From an uncultured archaeon (lineage in GTDB: Archaea; Iainarchaeota; Iainarchaeia; Iainarchaeales; GCA-2688035): DNA of 64,000 bases. Made by a program: the position numbers and the translations under genes. Of this stretch, positions 1-8,802 are shown piece by piece. The stretch spans positions 91,538-155,537 of the forward strand of contig CAYHBD010000009.1 in the NCBI GenBank assembly GCA_964354805.1, written 5' to 3'. A model generated the notes under the pieces. That model ran no database searches. It had not been told where the DNA came from and was given only the letters and a program-made list of their open reading frames with translations. Positions within the stretch are counted from its first letter, which is position 1. Each line of letters begins with the position of its first letter.

Positions 1-956
1 CAAAGGTCAGGGCACTGCTGCTGCCAATGCCACTGCAGGACAGCAACGGGCACGGGGTGGAAAAATTTTTGAATGTGAAGGAAGTGCATGCAGCCGCAGG
101 AGTGAAGATTGCTGCCCCCTGCCTTGAGGATGCTTTGGCAGGCTCGCCTCTGCTGGTTGCAAAGGGCACACTGGAAAAAGCTGTTGTTGAAAAAGATGTT
201 GCTGCAGTAAAAAGGGAAACCAGCGCTGTTGGACCAGTGCTCAGGGCTGACACTTTGGGCGGCCTTGAGGCATTTGCTGTTTTGCTTGAAAAAGAGGCAA
301 AGATGCAGCTGCGAAAAGCTGATGTCGGCGATGTTACGAGAAGGGATGTGATGGACGCGATTGCGGTGAAAGAAAAGGACTGCTTGAAGGGAATCATTTT
401 TGCATTCAATGTGAAAGTTGAAGAGGCTGCAGAAGAAGAAGCCAAGAAGCACGAGATAAAAATTTTCAGGGGAAACGTGATTTACAAATTGATTGAAGAC
501 TTCAACCAGTGGGTGCAGCAGAAAGAGGCCGAACGGCAGCAGGCAGCGCTTTCACAGCTTACTCTGCCTGCAATGATGCGGTTTTTGCCGGGATTTGTTT
601 TCAGGCATAACAAGCCTGCAATAATCGGGGTGAAGGTGCTTGAAGGCAAGCTAAGACCAGGCGTGAGATTAATGAATGAAAAAGGAATTATTTTTGGCAG
701 GGTTGCAGCAGTCCAGGTGCAGGGCAAAGGCATTGAGCAGGCTGCAAAAGGCCAGGAGGTTGCTGTTTCAATTGAAAAGGGCGTTGTCGGGAGAAATTTA
801 AAGGAAAACAAGGTGTACTACACTTTCATTCCGCAAAAACAGTTCCCCCAACTGGCAGGGCTTTGCAATTTTTTCAATTCGGATGAACTGGAATTGATTG
901 AAGAGATTAAAAAACTGGTTGAAAAAGCCAAGGAAGAAGAGGAGGTTGCTGAATGA
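1..956 (+). CDS. infB: Translation initiation factor aIF5B (IF2 homolog), C-terminal part; the 5' end lies upstream of the window
   Basis: Frame is open from the window edge. The KADTLGxLEA motif (domain III) and C-terminal beta-barrel (VLEGKLRPGVRLM...GRVAAVQVQGKGIEQAAKGQEVAVSIE) are typical of aIF5B. The TGA stop overlaps the S6e start (ATGA). Confidence 0.8.
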   Translation, partial: KVRALLLPMPLQDSNGHGVEKFLNVKEVHAAAGVKIAAPCLEDALAGSPLLVAKGTLEKAVVEKDVAAVKRETSAVGPVLRADTLGGLEAFAVLLEKEAKMQLRKADVGDVTRRDVMDAIAVKEKDCLKGIIFAFNVKVEEAAEEEAKKHEIKIFRGNVIYKLIEDFNQWVQQKEAERQQAALSQLTLPAMMRFLPGFVFRHNKPAIIGVKVLEGKLRPGVRLMNEKGIIFGRVAAVQVQGKGIEQAAKGQEVAVSIEKGVVGRNLKENKVYYTFIPQKQFPQLAGLCNFFNSDELELIEEIKKLVEKAKEEEEVAE

Positions 957-1441
957 AACTTGTAATTAGCGAACCGAAAACAGGGAAAGCATTCAACAAA
1001 AAAACAGACGCGCCGGTTTTCATAAACAGGCGCATTGGAGAAGAGGTTGACCTGGGCAGCGTTGGATTGGCAGGCTTCAAGGCGAAAATAACAGGCGGCA
1101 GCGACAAACAGGGATTTCCGATGAAGCCGACTGTTGCAGGCCAGGCAAGAAAAAAGGCTCTGCTCAAAAAAGGCATTGGCTTCAGGCCCCACAGAAAAGG
1201 GTTAATCAAGAGAAAAAGCGTCAGGGGAAACACAATCAGCACTGAGACAGCCCAATTGAACCTTGTTGTAACGCATTACGGCGAAAAGCCATTGAGCGAA
1301 CTGCTGTCAAGCGGCACAGAGAAAAAAGCAGATGAAAAGGAAACAGCAAAAGAAAGGCTTGTCAGAGAAAGCCTTGAAAGCGTTGGAAAAACAGAGCTCG
1401 CGGAAGACGCAAAAAAAATTAAGGGAAAAGTAAGGGGATAA
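953..1441 (+). CDS. rps6e: 30S ribosomal protein S6e with a C-terminal K/E-rich extension
   Basis: MKLVISEPKTGKAF...GGSDKQGFPMKP...KGIGFRPHRKG matches the S6e family. It sits immediately upstream of aIF2-gamma, the conserved archaeal order. Confidence 0.85.
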   Translation: MKLVISEPKTGKAFNKKTDAPVFINRRIGEEVDLGSVGLAGFKAKITGGSDKQGFPMKPTVAGQARKKALLKKGIGFRPHRKGLIKRKSVRGNTISTETAQLNLVVTHYGEKPLSELLSSGTEKKADEKETAKERLVRESLESVGKTELAEDAKKIKGKVRG

Positions 1442-1467
1442 CCGGCAAAAATCTAAATTTTGGTGCT

Positions 1468-2988
1468 ATGCTGATGCAGAAAAAGATGAATAATCCAAAA
1501 ACAGGGCACGCTGCCAAGAGCAAAGAGCCAGCGGCAACGCAAGAGGAAAAAAAGCAAACAGGAAAAATAGCAGGGGCTGAGCCAAAACAGGGGAAAGCAA
1601 CGCAAAAAGAGCAAACAGCAGAGCCAGCGCAGGAAAAAAAGCAAACAGCAAAAGAGCAGGCAGAGGAAAAAAAACACGCAGAAAAAAAGGAATCAGGGGC
1701 ACAAGAAGCAGAACAGGCAAAGCGGCAAAAAGAGCAAACAGCAGAGCAAATGAAAGAAAAAAAGCATGCGCCAAAAGAAGAGAGTGGGGAGGCAGTGCAG
1801 TACGCAGAGCAGGCTGTAATAAACATTGGCATGGTTGGACATGTTGACCACGGCAAAACCTCACTGACCCTTGCATTGACTGGAAAATGGACCGACACGC
1901 ACAGCGAGGAATTGAAGAGGGGAATCTCAATCAGGCTTGGATACGCCGATGTCACATTCTACAAGTGCGGCAGCTGCAGGGGAAGCGAAGCCTACGGCAA
2001 CAAGCAGGTTTGCCCACTTTGCGGAAAAAAGTGCGAGAAATTGAGGAGAGTTAGCTTTGTTGATGCGCCGGGACATGAAACCCTTCTTACAACAATGCTG
2101 AGCGGTGCAGCCCTAATGAATGCAGCTATTCTTGTAATTGCAGCAAACGAGCAATGCCCGCAGCCCCAGACAGAAGAGCACCTGATGGCGCTGAAAATTG
2201 CGGGCATAAACAACATTGTTGTAGCGCAGAACAAGATTGATCTGGTTGAAATGGAGCAGGCAATAGAGAACAGGAAACAGATTGAACAGTTTCTGTCAAA
2301 AAACGGCTACAACAATATCCCGATTGTCCCTATTTCAGCAAACTTTTCAACAAACATTGATTTGCTGATAGAGGCGCTTGAACAACACATGCCAACCCCT
2401 GAATTTGACGTGAAAAAACCGCTAATAATGTATTGCGCAAGAAGCTTTGACATAAACAGGCCAGGAACACTGCCAGCTGAACTGAACGGCGGCATAGTCG
2501 GCGGAACAATAATCCAGGGAAAAGCAAAATCAGGGGATTCAATTGAAATTGCCCCTGGAGTTGACGGAACTGTGCTGCTGACAAAAATAAGGAGCCTGAG
2601 CAGCAGCGTCGCTCAACTGCGTGAAGCGATTGCAGGCGGCCTGATTGCAATTGGAACAGGGCTTGACCCAAGCATAACGCAGAATGACAGGATGCGGGGT
2701 CAGATGATTGGGCATGAGCATGTCCTGCCTGTCGCGGTTAACAAGCTGCAGCTGCAGTTGAATTACATTGAAAGGCTTGTCACAAGCGTTGACAGCAAAA
2801 TAAAGCCAAGGGAACAGGTTGTTTTGACAATCGGAACAATGACAGTGCTTGCTGTTGTTGAAAGCATACAGGGCAACAACGCAAAAATTTCCATGAACAA
2901 CAAGGCTGTTGTCCTGCCAAAACAGAGGATTGCGGTAAGCAAAAAAGACAAAGGCAGATGGAGATTGGTTGCATATGCTGTCGCATAA
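1468..2988 (+). CDS. eif2g: Translation initiation factor aIF2 gamma subunit, preceded by a ~100-aa low-complexity K/E/Q-rich N-terminal extension; an alternative internal start near 1750 is possible
   Basis: GMVGHVDHGKTSLTLALTG G1 motif, zinc ribbon CGSCRG...CPLCGKKC, and DAPGHE, NKID, SA motifs. aIF2-gamma domains II/III are present. Confidence 0.9.
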   Translation: MLMQKKMNNPKTGHAAKSKEPAATQEEKKQTGKIAGAEPKQGKATQKEQTAEPAQEKKQTAKEQAEEKKHAEKKESGAQEAEQAKRQKEQTAEQMKEKKHAPKEESGEAVQYAEQAVINIGMVGHVDHGKTSLTLALTGKWTDTHSEELKRGISIRLGYADVTFYKCGSCRGSEAYGNKQVCPLCGKKCEKLRRVSFVDAPGHETLLTTMLSGAALMNAAILVIAANEQCPQPQTEEHLMALKIAGINNIVVAQNKIDLVEMEQAIENRKQIEQFLSKNGYNNIPIVPISANFSTNIDLLIEALEQHMPTPEFDVKKPLIMYCARSFDINRPGTLPAELNGGIVGGTIIQGKAKSGDSIEIAPGVDGTVLLTKIRSLSSSVAQLREAIAGGLIAIGTGLDPSITQNDRMRGQMIGHEHVLPVAVNKLQLQLNYIERLVTSVDSKIKPREQVVLTIGTMTVLAVVESIQGNNAKISMNNKAVVLPKQRIAVSKKDKGRWRLVAYAVA

Positions 2989-3370
2989 ACAGCACACCAC
3001 AATTATTTTTGATTCAAACATTTTGATTGCAATCGAAAGAAAGAAAGCCGATGTGTTTTCAATGGCAAGGCAGTTTTTTGGTGAAAGAGTGCGGTTTGGC
3101 GTAACAGGGCAGGTGCTGCAGGAACTGCACGAGTTGCAGGACAGGGGCAAAACAATGCAGAAAGAGGTTAAAATTGCTTTAATGGCTTTGCGCAAAGAGA
3201 AAGCCAAGGTAATCAGGGTTGAGGCAGGAAATGCTGATGATTCGCTTGTTGAGGCAGCAGGGAAGGGCTATTGCATTGCTTCAAACGATAAGGCGTTAAG
3301 AAAAAGAATAAAAGGGTTTGGGGTAGCGATTATGTATCTAAGCAAAGAAAAATTGCTGAAAGTAGCGTAA
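2969..3370 (+). CDS. PIN-domain protein, the conserved partner in the archaeal aIF2gamma-PIN-RpoE-Spt4 cluster; the true start is probably a few codons inside
   Basis: IIFDSNILI...ASNDKALRK acidic PIN residues. Its position between eIF2-gamma and rpoE matches the conserved archaeal gene neighbourhood. Confidence 0.6.
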   Translation: MHMLSHKQHTTIIFDSNILIAIERKKADVFSMARQFFGERVRFGVTGQVLQELHELQDRGKTMQKEVKIALMALRKEKAKVIRVEAGNADDSLVEAAGKGYCIASNDKALRKRIKGFGVAIMYLSKEKLLKVA

Positions 3371-3391
3371 TTTTGTTGGTTGGAAAAAAAA

Positions 3392-3534
3392 ATCCATAGT
3401 TTAAACAAAATGAAAGAAAAAAAAAAGGCAATTTCCGCAGGTGAAAAAATCAGTAGTTGGTTAAAGTGAAAGAAAAAGATGGTAATTCCGGCAGGTGAAA
3501 AAAATGTATAGTTTGGTTAAAGTGAAAGACAAGG
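3392..3534 (+). repeat. Three diverged tandem copies (~45-50 bp) of the rpoE start region. The two upstream copies encode rpoE-N-terminus-like peptides with ATG mutated to ATC.
   Basis: Units: atccatagtttaaacaaaatgaaagaaaaa / atcagtagttggttaaagtgaaagaaaaag / atgtatagtttggttaaagtgaaagacaag. Confidence 0.7.
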
Positions 3535-4145
3535 TGAGGGTTCCGCCAAAGCAGTTCACATCAAAATTGGAGAAAAGCGTTCTTGGTATGGTTCAGCAGG
3601 AATACGAAGGCCTTGTTGATGAGGACATCGGCCTTGTTGTAGCCGTGACAAATGTCAGCAATGTAGGGGAAGGCATTGTTGTGCCAGGAGACGGCAGTGC
3701 ATACTATGACACGGAAATTGAAATGCTTGTATACAAGCCGCTGATGCACGAAGTGGTTGAAGGAAACATTAGTGAAATAACAGAGTTCGGCGCATTCGTA
3801 AGAATAAGCCCGATTGAAGGATTAATCCACGTTAGCCAGATAATGGATGACTTCATAAACTATGATGCGAAAACCCCTTCATTCGTTGGAAAGAAAACAA
3901 GAAAGAAGCTGATTGTCGATGACAGCGTTATTGCAAGGATTGTAACAATTTCCTTGAAGGGAAACATCCAGAACAGCAAAATCGGCCTGACAATGAGGCA
4001 GCCTTTCCTCGGAAAAGAGGACTGGATCAAAATGGACGAAAAAACAATCGGAAAAGACATTGGAAAAGAGCGAAAGGAGAAGCACGACAAGAGACAAAAA
4101 AGCGACAGGGACGAGAAAAAAGAGCAAGCACAAAAAGGGGGATAA
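3495..4145 (+). CDS. rpoE: DNA-directed RNA polymerase subunit E' (Rpo7/RpoE1) with an S1 domain and a K-rich C-terminal tail; the track start is GTG, and ATG at 3504 is the likely true start
   Basis: MYSLVKVKDKVRVPP... N-terminus, and an S1-like domain (GAFVRISPIEGLIHVSQIMDDF) typical of Rpb7/E'. Confidence 0.85.
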   Translation: MKKMYSLVKVKDKVRVPPKQFTSKLEKSVLGMVQQEYEGLVDEDIGLVVAVTNVSNVGEGIVVPGDGSAYYDTEIEMLVYKPLMHEVVEGNISEITEFGAFVRISPIEGLIHVSQIMDDFINYDAKTPSFVGKKTRKKLIVDDSVIARIVTISLKGNIQNSKIGLTMRQPFLGKEDWIKMDEKTIGKDIGKERKEKHDKRQKSDRDEKKEQAQKGG

Positions 4146-4360
4146 CAAAAAAGGGGGACAAACAAAAGGGCCATTAAAAAGCCTTTCTTTAAAAAAGAAA
4201 GCCTTGGGAAAGAAAGAATAAACAGGGGCTAAATAAAGCTTTGAAAAAATGTGAAAAAACAGGGCAACCTAAAAGGAGAAAGCGGATAAATTGCAATTAA
4301 AAAAAGGTTTTTGAAAAAAAAGGAGTAAAAGGAAAAAGCAATTTTTAATCGTGGTTTTTT

Positions 4361-4555
4361 ATGGTGAAAGAAAAAGCTTGCAGGAACTGCAGAATGGTTG
4401 TATTGGAGGGAACAGAGTGCCCGAACTGCGGCGGCGCTGCCTTCACTACATTCTGGAGAGGCTATGTTGTCATTCTTGACCCGGAAAAAAGCGAAATCGC
4501 AAAAAAGATGGGCATAAGCAAAAAAGGAAAATTCGCCCTAAGGCTGAGCAGGTAG
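4361..4555 (+). CDS. spt4: Transcription elongation factor Spt4 (RpoE''), zinc ribbon
   Basis: CRNC...CPNCG zinc ribbon followed by ILDPEKSEIAKKMGI, as in archaeal Spt4. 64 aa, ends with TAG. Confidence 0.8.
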   Translation: MVKEKACRNCRMVVLEGTECPNCGGAAFTTFWRGYVVILDPEKSEIAKKMGISKKGKFALRLSR

Positions 4556-4622
4556 TTGGGGGATTTGGGAAACAATAGGAAACGAGACAGCAAAAAAATC
4601 ACGCTAAGGCTGAGCAGGTAAA
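4534..4622 (+). repeat. Duplicate of the spt4 3' end (last ~8 codons plus stop) 66 bp downstream
   Basis: cgccctaaggctgagcaggtag versus cacgctaaggctgagcaggtaa, with the stop position conserved (TAG/TAA). Confidence 0.65.
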
Positions 4623-4645
4623 CACAGGGCGCAAGGGGTGGGACG

Positions 4646-5068
4646 ATGCACATTGATATCGAAAAGAAAAAAGAAAACAAGGCATTGAACAGAACAGAGA
4701 TTGCATTCAAAATAAGCGAGTGCAAGGTAACACCAAAGCGCTTGGATGTCAGGGCAAAAATCGCTGCTTTAATGAGTGCAAAAGAACAGCTTGCGATTGT
4801 TGACAGCCTGCACCAGCAATTCGGCTCGGACATTGTAACAGGAACTGCAAAGGTTTACAATGACGAGGCAACACTGCGAAAGCTTGAGCCAAGCTATTTG
4901 ATTGCAAGAAACGAGGGAAGAAAGGAAAAGAAGGAAAAAGCTGCGGGAAAACCGGAAGAAAAGAAAGAGAAAACAGAGAAAAAGCCCGAGGAAAAATCTG
5001 CCGAGGCAAAAGAGAAAGCAGAAAAGCCAGGGGAGAAACCAGCAGCGAAAGAGGCTGCAAAAGCGTAA
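4646..5068 (+). CDS. rps24e: 30S ribosomal protein S24e with a K/E-rich C-terminal extension
   Basis: NKALNRTEIAFKI...TPKRLDVRAKIAALM...IVDSLHQQFGSDIVTGTAKVY matches the S24e family. Confidence 0.85.
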   Translation: MHIDIEKKKENKALNRTEIAFKISECKVTPKRLDVRAKIAALMSAKEQLAIVDSLHQQFGSDIVTGTAKVYNDEATLRKLEPSYLIARNEGRKEKKEKAAGKPEEKKEKTEKKPEEKSAEAKEKAEKPGEKPAAKEAAKA

Positions 5069-5087
5069 TTGTTTGTGGAAGTGATTA

Positions 5088-5306
5088 TTGATGCCGAAGA
5101 AAGTGAAGGAAAGAAAGGGGAAAAGGCAGAGGAAAAAGCACCCGAAGCACCTCAAATCAACTCTTTATAACGCTAAAGATTCTGGCGTTGAGAGAAAGAA
5201 CCGCTTCTGCCCAAAGTGCGGCCCAGGAATTTTCATGGCCCTACACAAAGAAAGGGTCACATGCGGAAAATGCGGTTACACGGAATGGAAAAAACAGGGC
5301 AGCTGA
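5088..5306 (+). CDS. rps27ae: 30S ribosomal protein S27ae (zinc ribbon)
   Basis: CPKCG...CGKCG C4 ribbon, basic N-terminus, and the conserved S24e-S27ae adjacency. Confidence 0.85.
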   Translation: MMPKKVKERKGKRQRKKHPKHLKSTLYNAKDSGVERKNRFCPKCGPGIFMALHKERVTCGKCGYTEWKKQGS

Positions 5307-5318
5307 AAAGGTAAGCAG

Positions 5319-5873
5319 ATGGTTGAAAGGTTTTTGGCGAATTTTTTAATCGATTTCCTGCTGATTTTTCTTCCAATCGCATTCTTTTTCCTGCAAAAAA
5401 AAGGTGGAAAGCAAAAATTCGGCTTAAAGGATTCCCTGCAAGAACTGGGCTTCTGCAAAATTCCGCTGAAACAATTTCTGAAAAAAACAATTATGCTGAC
5501 AGTCGCATTGATTGCAGTTGCCTTTGCAATCAGCTTTTTATTGAACGCCTTTCACGCAAACGATTTAAGCAATGTCACTCCGGCTATTGAAAGCCTGCGG
5601 GCAGTACCTCTGCTTTTGGTGTACATTGTAATCGTAAGAAGCAGCGCTGAAGAGGTTTTCTTCAGGGGCCTTTTGACAAAAAAAACAGGTGCCCTTGTTT
5701 CATCAATTCTTTTTGCATTAATCCATTTATCCTACGGCAGCTACGCCGAGGTTGCAGGAGCATTCATTCTCGGCTTCATTTTTGCGAAAGCGTTCCAATT
5801 AAATAAAAACTTGTACCCAAATATTGCAGCACACATTGCATTCAACGCAGTATCAGTGACATTAATGTATTGA
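5319..5873 (+). CDS. CPBP-family (CAAX/Abi-like) intramembrane metalloprotease
   Basis: Multi-TM protein with the EEVFFRG motif and a FALIH/HIAFN second His motif characteristic of CPBP proteases. Confidence 0.6.
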   Translation: MVERFLANFLIDFLLIFLPIAFFFLQKKGGKQKFGLKDSLQELGFCKIPLKQFLKKTIMLTVALIAVAFAISFLLNAFHANDLSNVTPAIESLRAVPLLLVYIVIVRSSAEEVFFRGLLTKKTGALVSSILFALIHLSYGSYAEVAGAFILGFIFAKAFQLNKNLYPNIAAHIAFNAVSVTLMY

Positions 5874-5955
5874 AACACAGGTTTTTGATACGGCAATAAT
5901 AAAAAAAGGCATTGGATAAGATTGGAAGCCAATAATTGAAAAAGGTGATGAAAAG

Positions 5956-6579
5956 ATGGCAATAGTAAAACAACTGTTGGGCGGAAACGAAAACGCAATA
6001 ATTGAAAAAGCCGCAAAAATCCTCAAAGATGGCGGCGTAATAATTTTCCCTACGGAAACAAGCTATGGCCTGGCTGTTGATGCAACAAACGAGACAGCAA
6101 TAACAAAAATGGTGAAGGCAAAGGAACAGCCAGAGGAAAAAAACATTTCAATAATCGTATCCGATTTGGAGCAGGCAAAAAAATTCGGCAAAATCACGCC
6201 TGAAGCAGAAACCCTTGCAAAGAAATTCATGCCAGGGCCCCTGACGCTCGTAGTGGAAAAACAGTACAATGTGTCGAATGCGCTTGCGGAGAAAACAATT
6301 GCTTTCAGAATCTCAAGCAACAGGATTGCAACAGAGCTGTGCAAAGCGCTCGGAAACCCGATAACAGCAACCAGCGCAAACCTGCACGGAAGGCCGAACA
6401 TCTATTCAGGAAAAGAGGCAATAAAGCAGTTTGGCGGCAGGGTTCACATGATTATTGACGCTGGCGAGCTGCCAAAAATCCCGCCAAGCACAATGTATGA
6501 CACAATCAACAAAAGAGTCCTGCGCTTCGGCCCAATAACAGAACAGGAAATAAAACAGGTGCTGGAGGAGCAGAAATGA
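5956..6579 (+). CDS. sua5: L-threonylcarbamoyladenylate synthase (Sua5/YrdC/TsaC family), single YrdC domain
   Basis: FPTETSYGL motif, ...TSAN...G, ~200 aa YrdC fold. Confidence 0.8.
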   Translation: MAIVKQLLGGNENAIIEKAAKILKDGGVIIFPTETSYGLAVDATNETAITKMVKAKEQPEEKNISIIVSDLEQAKKFGKITPEAETLAKKFMPGPLTLVVEKQYNVSNALAEKTIAFRISSNRIATELCKALGNPITATSANLHGRPNIYSGKEAIKQFGGRVHMIIDAGELPKIPPSTMYDTINKRVLRFGPITEQEIKQVLEEQK

Positions 6580-6694
6580 ACCGCTTCAAGAAAATGATGT
6601 TGTATGATTTTAGGGGTTCTGATTTCTTGGCTGGCAGGCTGCAAGAGTTCAGGGGAAAGGGCTGTTTAAATATTTTTTTGGAGACTGTTTTGTT

Positions 6695-7696
6695 ATGATT
6701 GAACTCAGGTTTGGCGAAATTCTTGACCCGCTGCCTGAAAGGCTTTTGGGCAGGATTACAAAGCAAACCCTGCAAGGCATAAACAGGTATCCGTCAAACT
6801 ATGGCAAGCTTGTTTCAAAGCTCGCCAAATTGCATAAAGTGGGGGAAAAAAACATTGTTCTAGCTAACGGCGTTGACGAAGCAATTGATTTGGTTGCAAG
6901 GGCATTTGGGCAAAAGATGGCGGTTTTCACGCCAACTTATTACGAATTTTGCGCTGCAGCGCAGCGCAACGGCCTGAAATGCAGTGGAATAAATTGTTTT
7001 GACGGAAAAAACTATTTCCCGAAATACGACAGCGTGCCAGGAGACTGCACGCTTTTGTTTTTGTGCAACCCCAACAATCCTTTTGGCACACTGCAAAAAA
7101 AAGAAGTCGTTGCATTGGCGCAAAAAACAAAAGCGATGGTTGCAGTGGATGAAACTTACATTGATTTTGCCGGTGAAACATTAATCAAAGAGGCTGCGAA
7201 TTGCAAAAACCTGCTTGTCTTCAGGAGTTTTTCAAAGGGCTTTTGCCTCCCTGGCTTGAGAATAGGTTACGTTGTGGGGAACGAAAAGGCAATAAAGAAA
7301 ATAATGCAGAGAAAGCTTTGCTTCAATGTTTCTTCAGTTGCAGTTGAAGCCGCGTTGCTGGCGCTGGATGAAAAAAACCATTTCAAGAAGCTCGTGAAAT
7401 CGGTAATGAAAAGAAAAGCGGCTTTTGAGAAATTTCTGAAAGCAACGGGCTTTGACGTCAAGCAAAGCAGCATACCAAAAATTTTCATGCGCTTCCGCGC
7501 ACCGAAACAGGCAATTGCATTCCAGAGGGTTCTGGAAAAAAACGGTTTTGCAATAACAGTTGGCAACGGGATTTCAACATGCGGCCTTGACAAGAGCTTT
7601 GCACAGTTTTCGTGCGGAACTGAAAAGCAAATGAGGCAACTCAAGGAAATAATAAAAAATTCGGTGAACCCTGATGGATTGGAAAAGCTTGGCTGA
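6695..7696 (+). CDS. PLP-dependent aminotransferase class I/II (HisC/CobD-like)
   Basis: FSKGFCLPGLRIGY lysine motif, NPNNPFG, and the size and architecture of histidinol-phosphate / threonine-phosphate decarboxylase-like enzymes. Confidence 0.65.
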   Translation: MIELRFGEILDPLPERLLGRITKQTLQGINRYPSNYGKLVSKLAKLHKVGEKNIVLANGVDEAIDLVARAFGQKMAVFTPTYYEFCAAAQRNGLKCSGINCFDGKNYFPKYDSVPGDCTLLFLCNPNNPFGTLQKKEVVALAQKTKAMVAVDETYIDFAGETLIKEAANCKNLLVFRSFSKGFCLPGLRIGYVVGNEKAIKKIMQRKLCFNVSSVAVEAALLALDEKNHFKKLVKSVMKRKAAFEKFLKATGFDVKQSSIPKIFMRFRAPKQAIAFQRVLEKNGFAITVGNGISTCGLDKSFAQFSCGTEKQMRQLKEIIKNSVNPDGLEKLG

Positions 7697-8786
7697 AACA
7701 AAAGCAGGAATCCTCTGTTGCGGGCTCAAAGAAAGCAAAGCCGCTGAAGAAATCTATGCATTGCAGCACCCGACATTGCATAAAAGAACAGGAAATGCCG
7801 GGTTGCAGCTTGCTTTGCCACAAGGCTTTATTGTAAACGGAATCTACGGCGAAGCTTTTTGCAAAAAATCGCCTTATTTGGCAGAGAAACAAGGAAAACA
7901 ATTTTTTGTTTCAAGGAACGGCTCCCTGGTTTGCGCCTGCACCCCGATTCCCGCCCCAAAATGGTATCACAAAACAACAACAGACGGCAAGCCAATGTCA
8001 AGCATAATGCTGCAGGAGGGCAAAGACACTCTGATTTCGAGCGTTTGGAACAATTGCTGTTATTTTCAGAACGGAACGCAATGCAAATTCTGCATATTGG
8101 GTTATCAAAAAGAAATGCAGTGGAAAAACGAAAAACAGGTTCTTGAAACACTGCTCGCAGCGCTGGAAGAAAACCCAGCATACCAGCTTCACCTGACAGC
8201 AGGCAACAGCGCCAGCCCGGACCACGGCTTGGCAAACTACGAAAAATACGTCAAAACAATCAGGAAAGAAACCAATCTGCCGGTTACATTGGAAATAAGC
8301 CCGCCTGAAGATTTAAAACAGCTCGAAAGCATAATCGCAGCAGGAGCAAATGGCTTTTCAATAAACATTGAAATATGGGATGAAAAAAAACGCAGGGAAA
8401 TCTGCCCTGGGAAATCAAAAATAAAACGCGAAAAATATTTCCAGGCATGGCAAAAAGCAGTTGATTTGCTCGGAAAATTCAAGACAAGCTCAGTGCTAAT
8501 AGTCGGCTTGGACAGCAAGGAAAATATTGCAGAAGGCATCAGGGCAATGGCCTGCATCGGAATAAAACCAGTCTTAATCCCGTTCAGGCCGTTCGCAAAG
8601 TCTGCACTGCATTATTTGCAGCCACCGAAAGCGCGAGAACTGATGAAATTGTCGGAAATTGCAGGAAAAGAATTAAAAAAAGCGGGCGCAAAGGAAAAAG
8701 AACTAATCGGCTGCGAACACTGCGGAGCATGCAGCCTTGAAAAAGATTTTCTGGTTAACGCAAGAAAGGAAAATGCGGAAAAGTGA
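7674..8786 (+). CDS. Putative radical-SAM/TIM-barrel Fe-S protein with a non-canonical Cys triad (CX7CX2C) and a C-terminal CEHCGAC cluster
   Basis: CYFQNGTQCKFCILG near the N-terminus, alternating beta/alpha pattern, and a second Cys cluster at the C-terminus. No canonical CX3CX2C. Confidence 0.35.
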   Translation: MDWKSLAETKAGILCCGLKESKAAEEIYALQHPTLHKRTGNAGLQLALPQGFIVNGIYGEAFCKKSPYLAEKQGKQFFVSRNGSLVCACTPIPAPKWYHKTTTDGKPMSSIMLQEGKDTLISSVWNNCCYFQNGTQCKFCILGYQKEMQWKNEKQVLETLLAALEENPAYQLHLTAGNSASPDHGLANYEKYVKTIRKETNLPVTLEISPPEDLKQLESIIAAGANGFSINIEIWDEKKRREICPGKSKIKREKYFQAWQKAVDLLGKFKTSSVLIVGLDSKENIAEGIRAMACIGIKPVLIPFRPFAKSALHYLQPPKARELMKLSEIAGKELKKAGAKEKELIGCEHCGACSLEKDFLVNARKENAEK

Positions 8787-8802
8787 TGAAAAATGAACTG
8801 CC

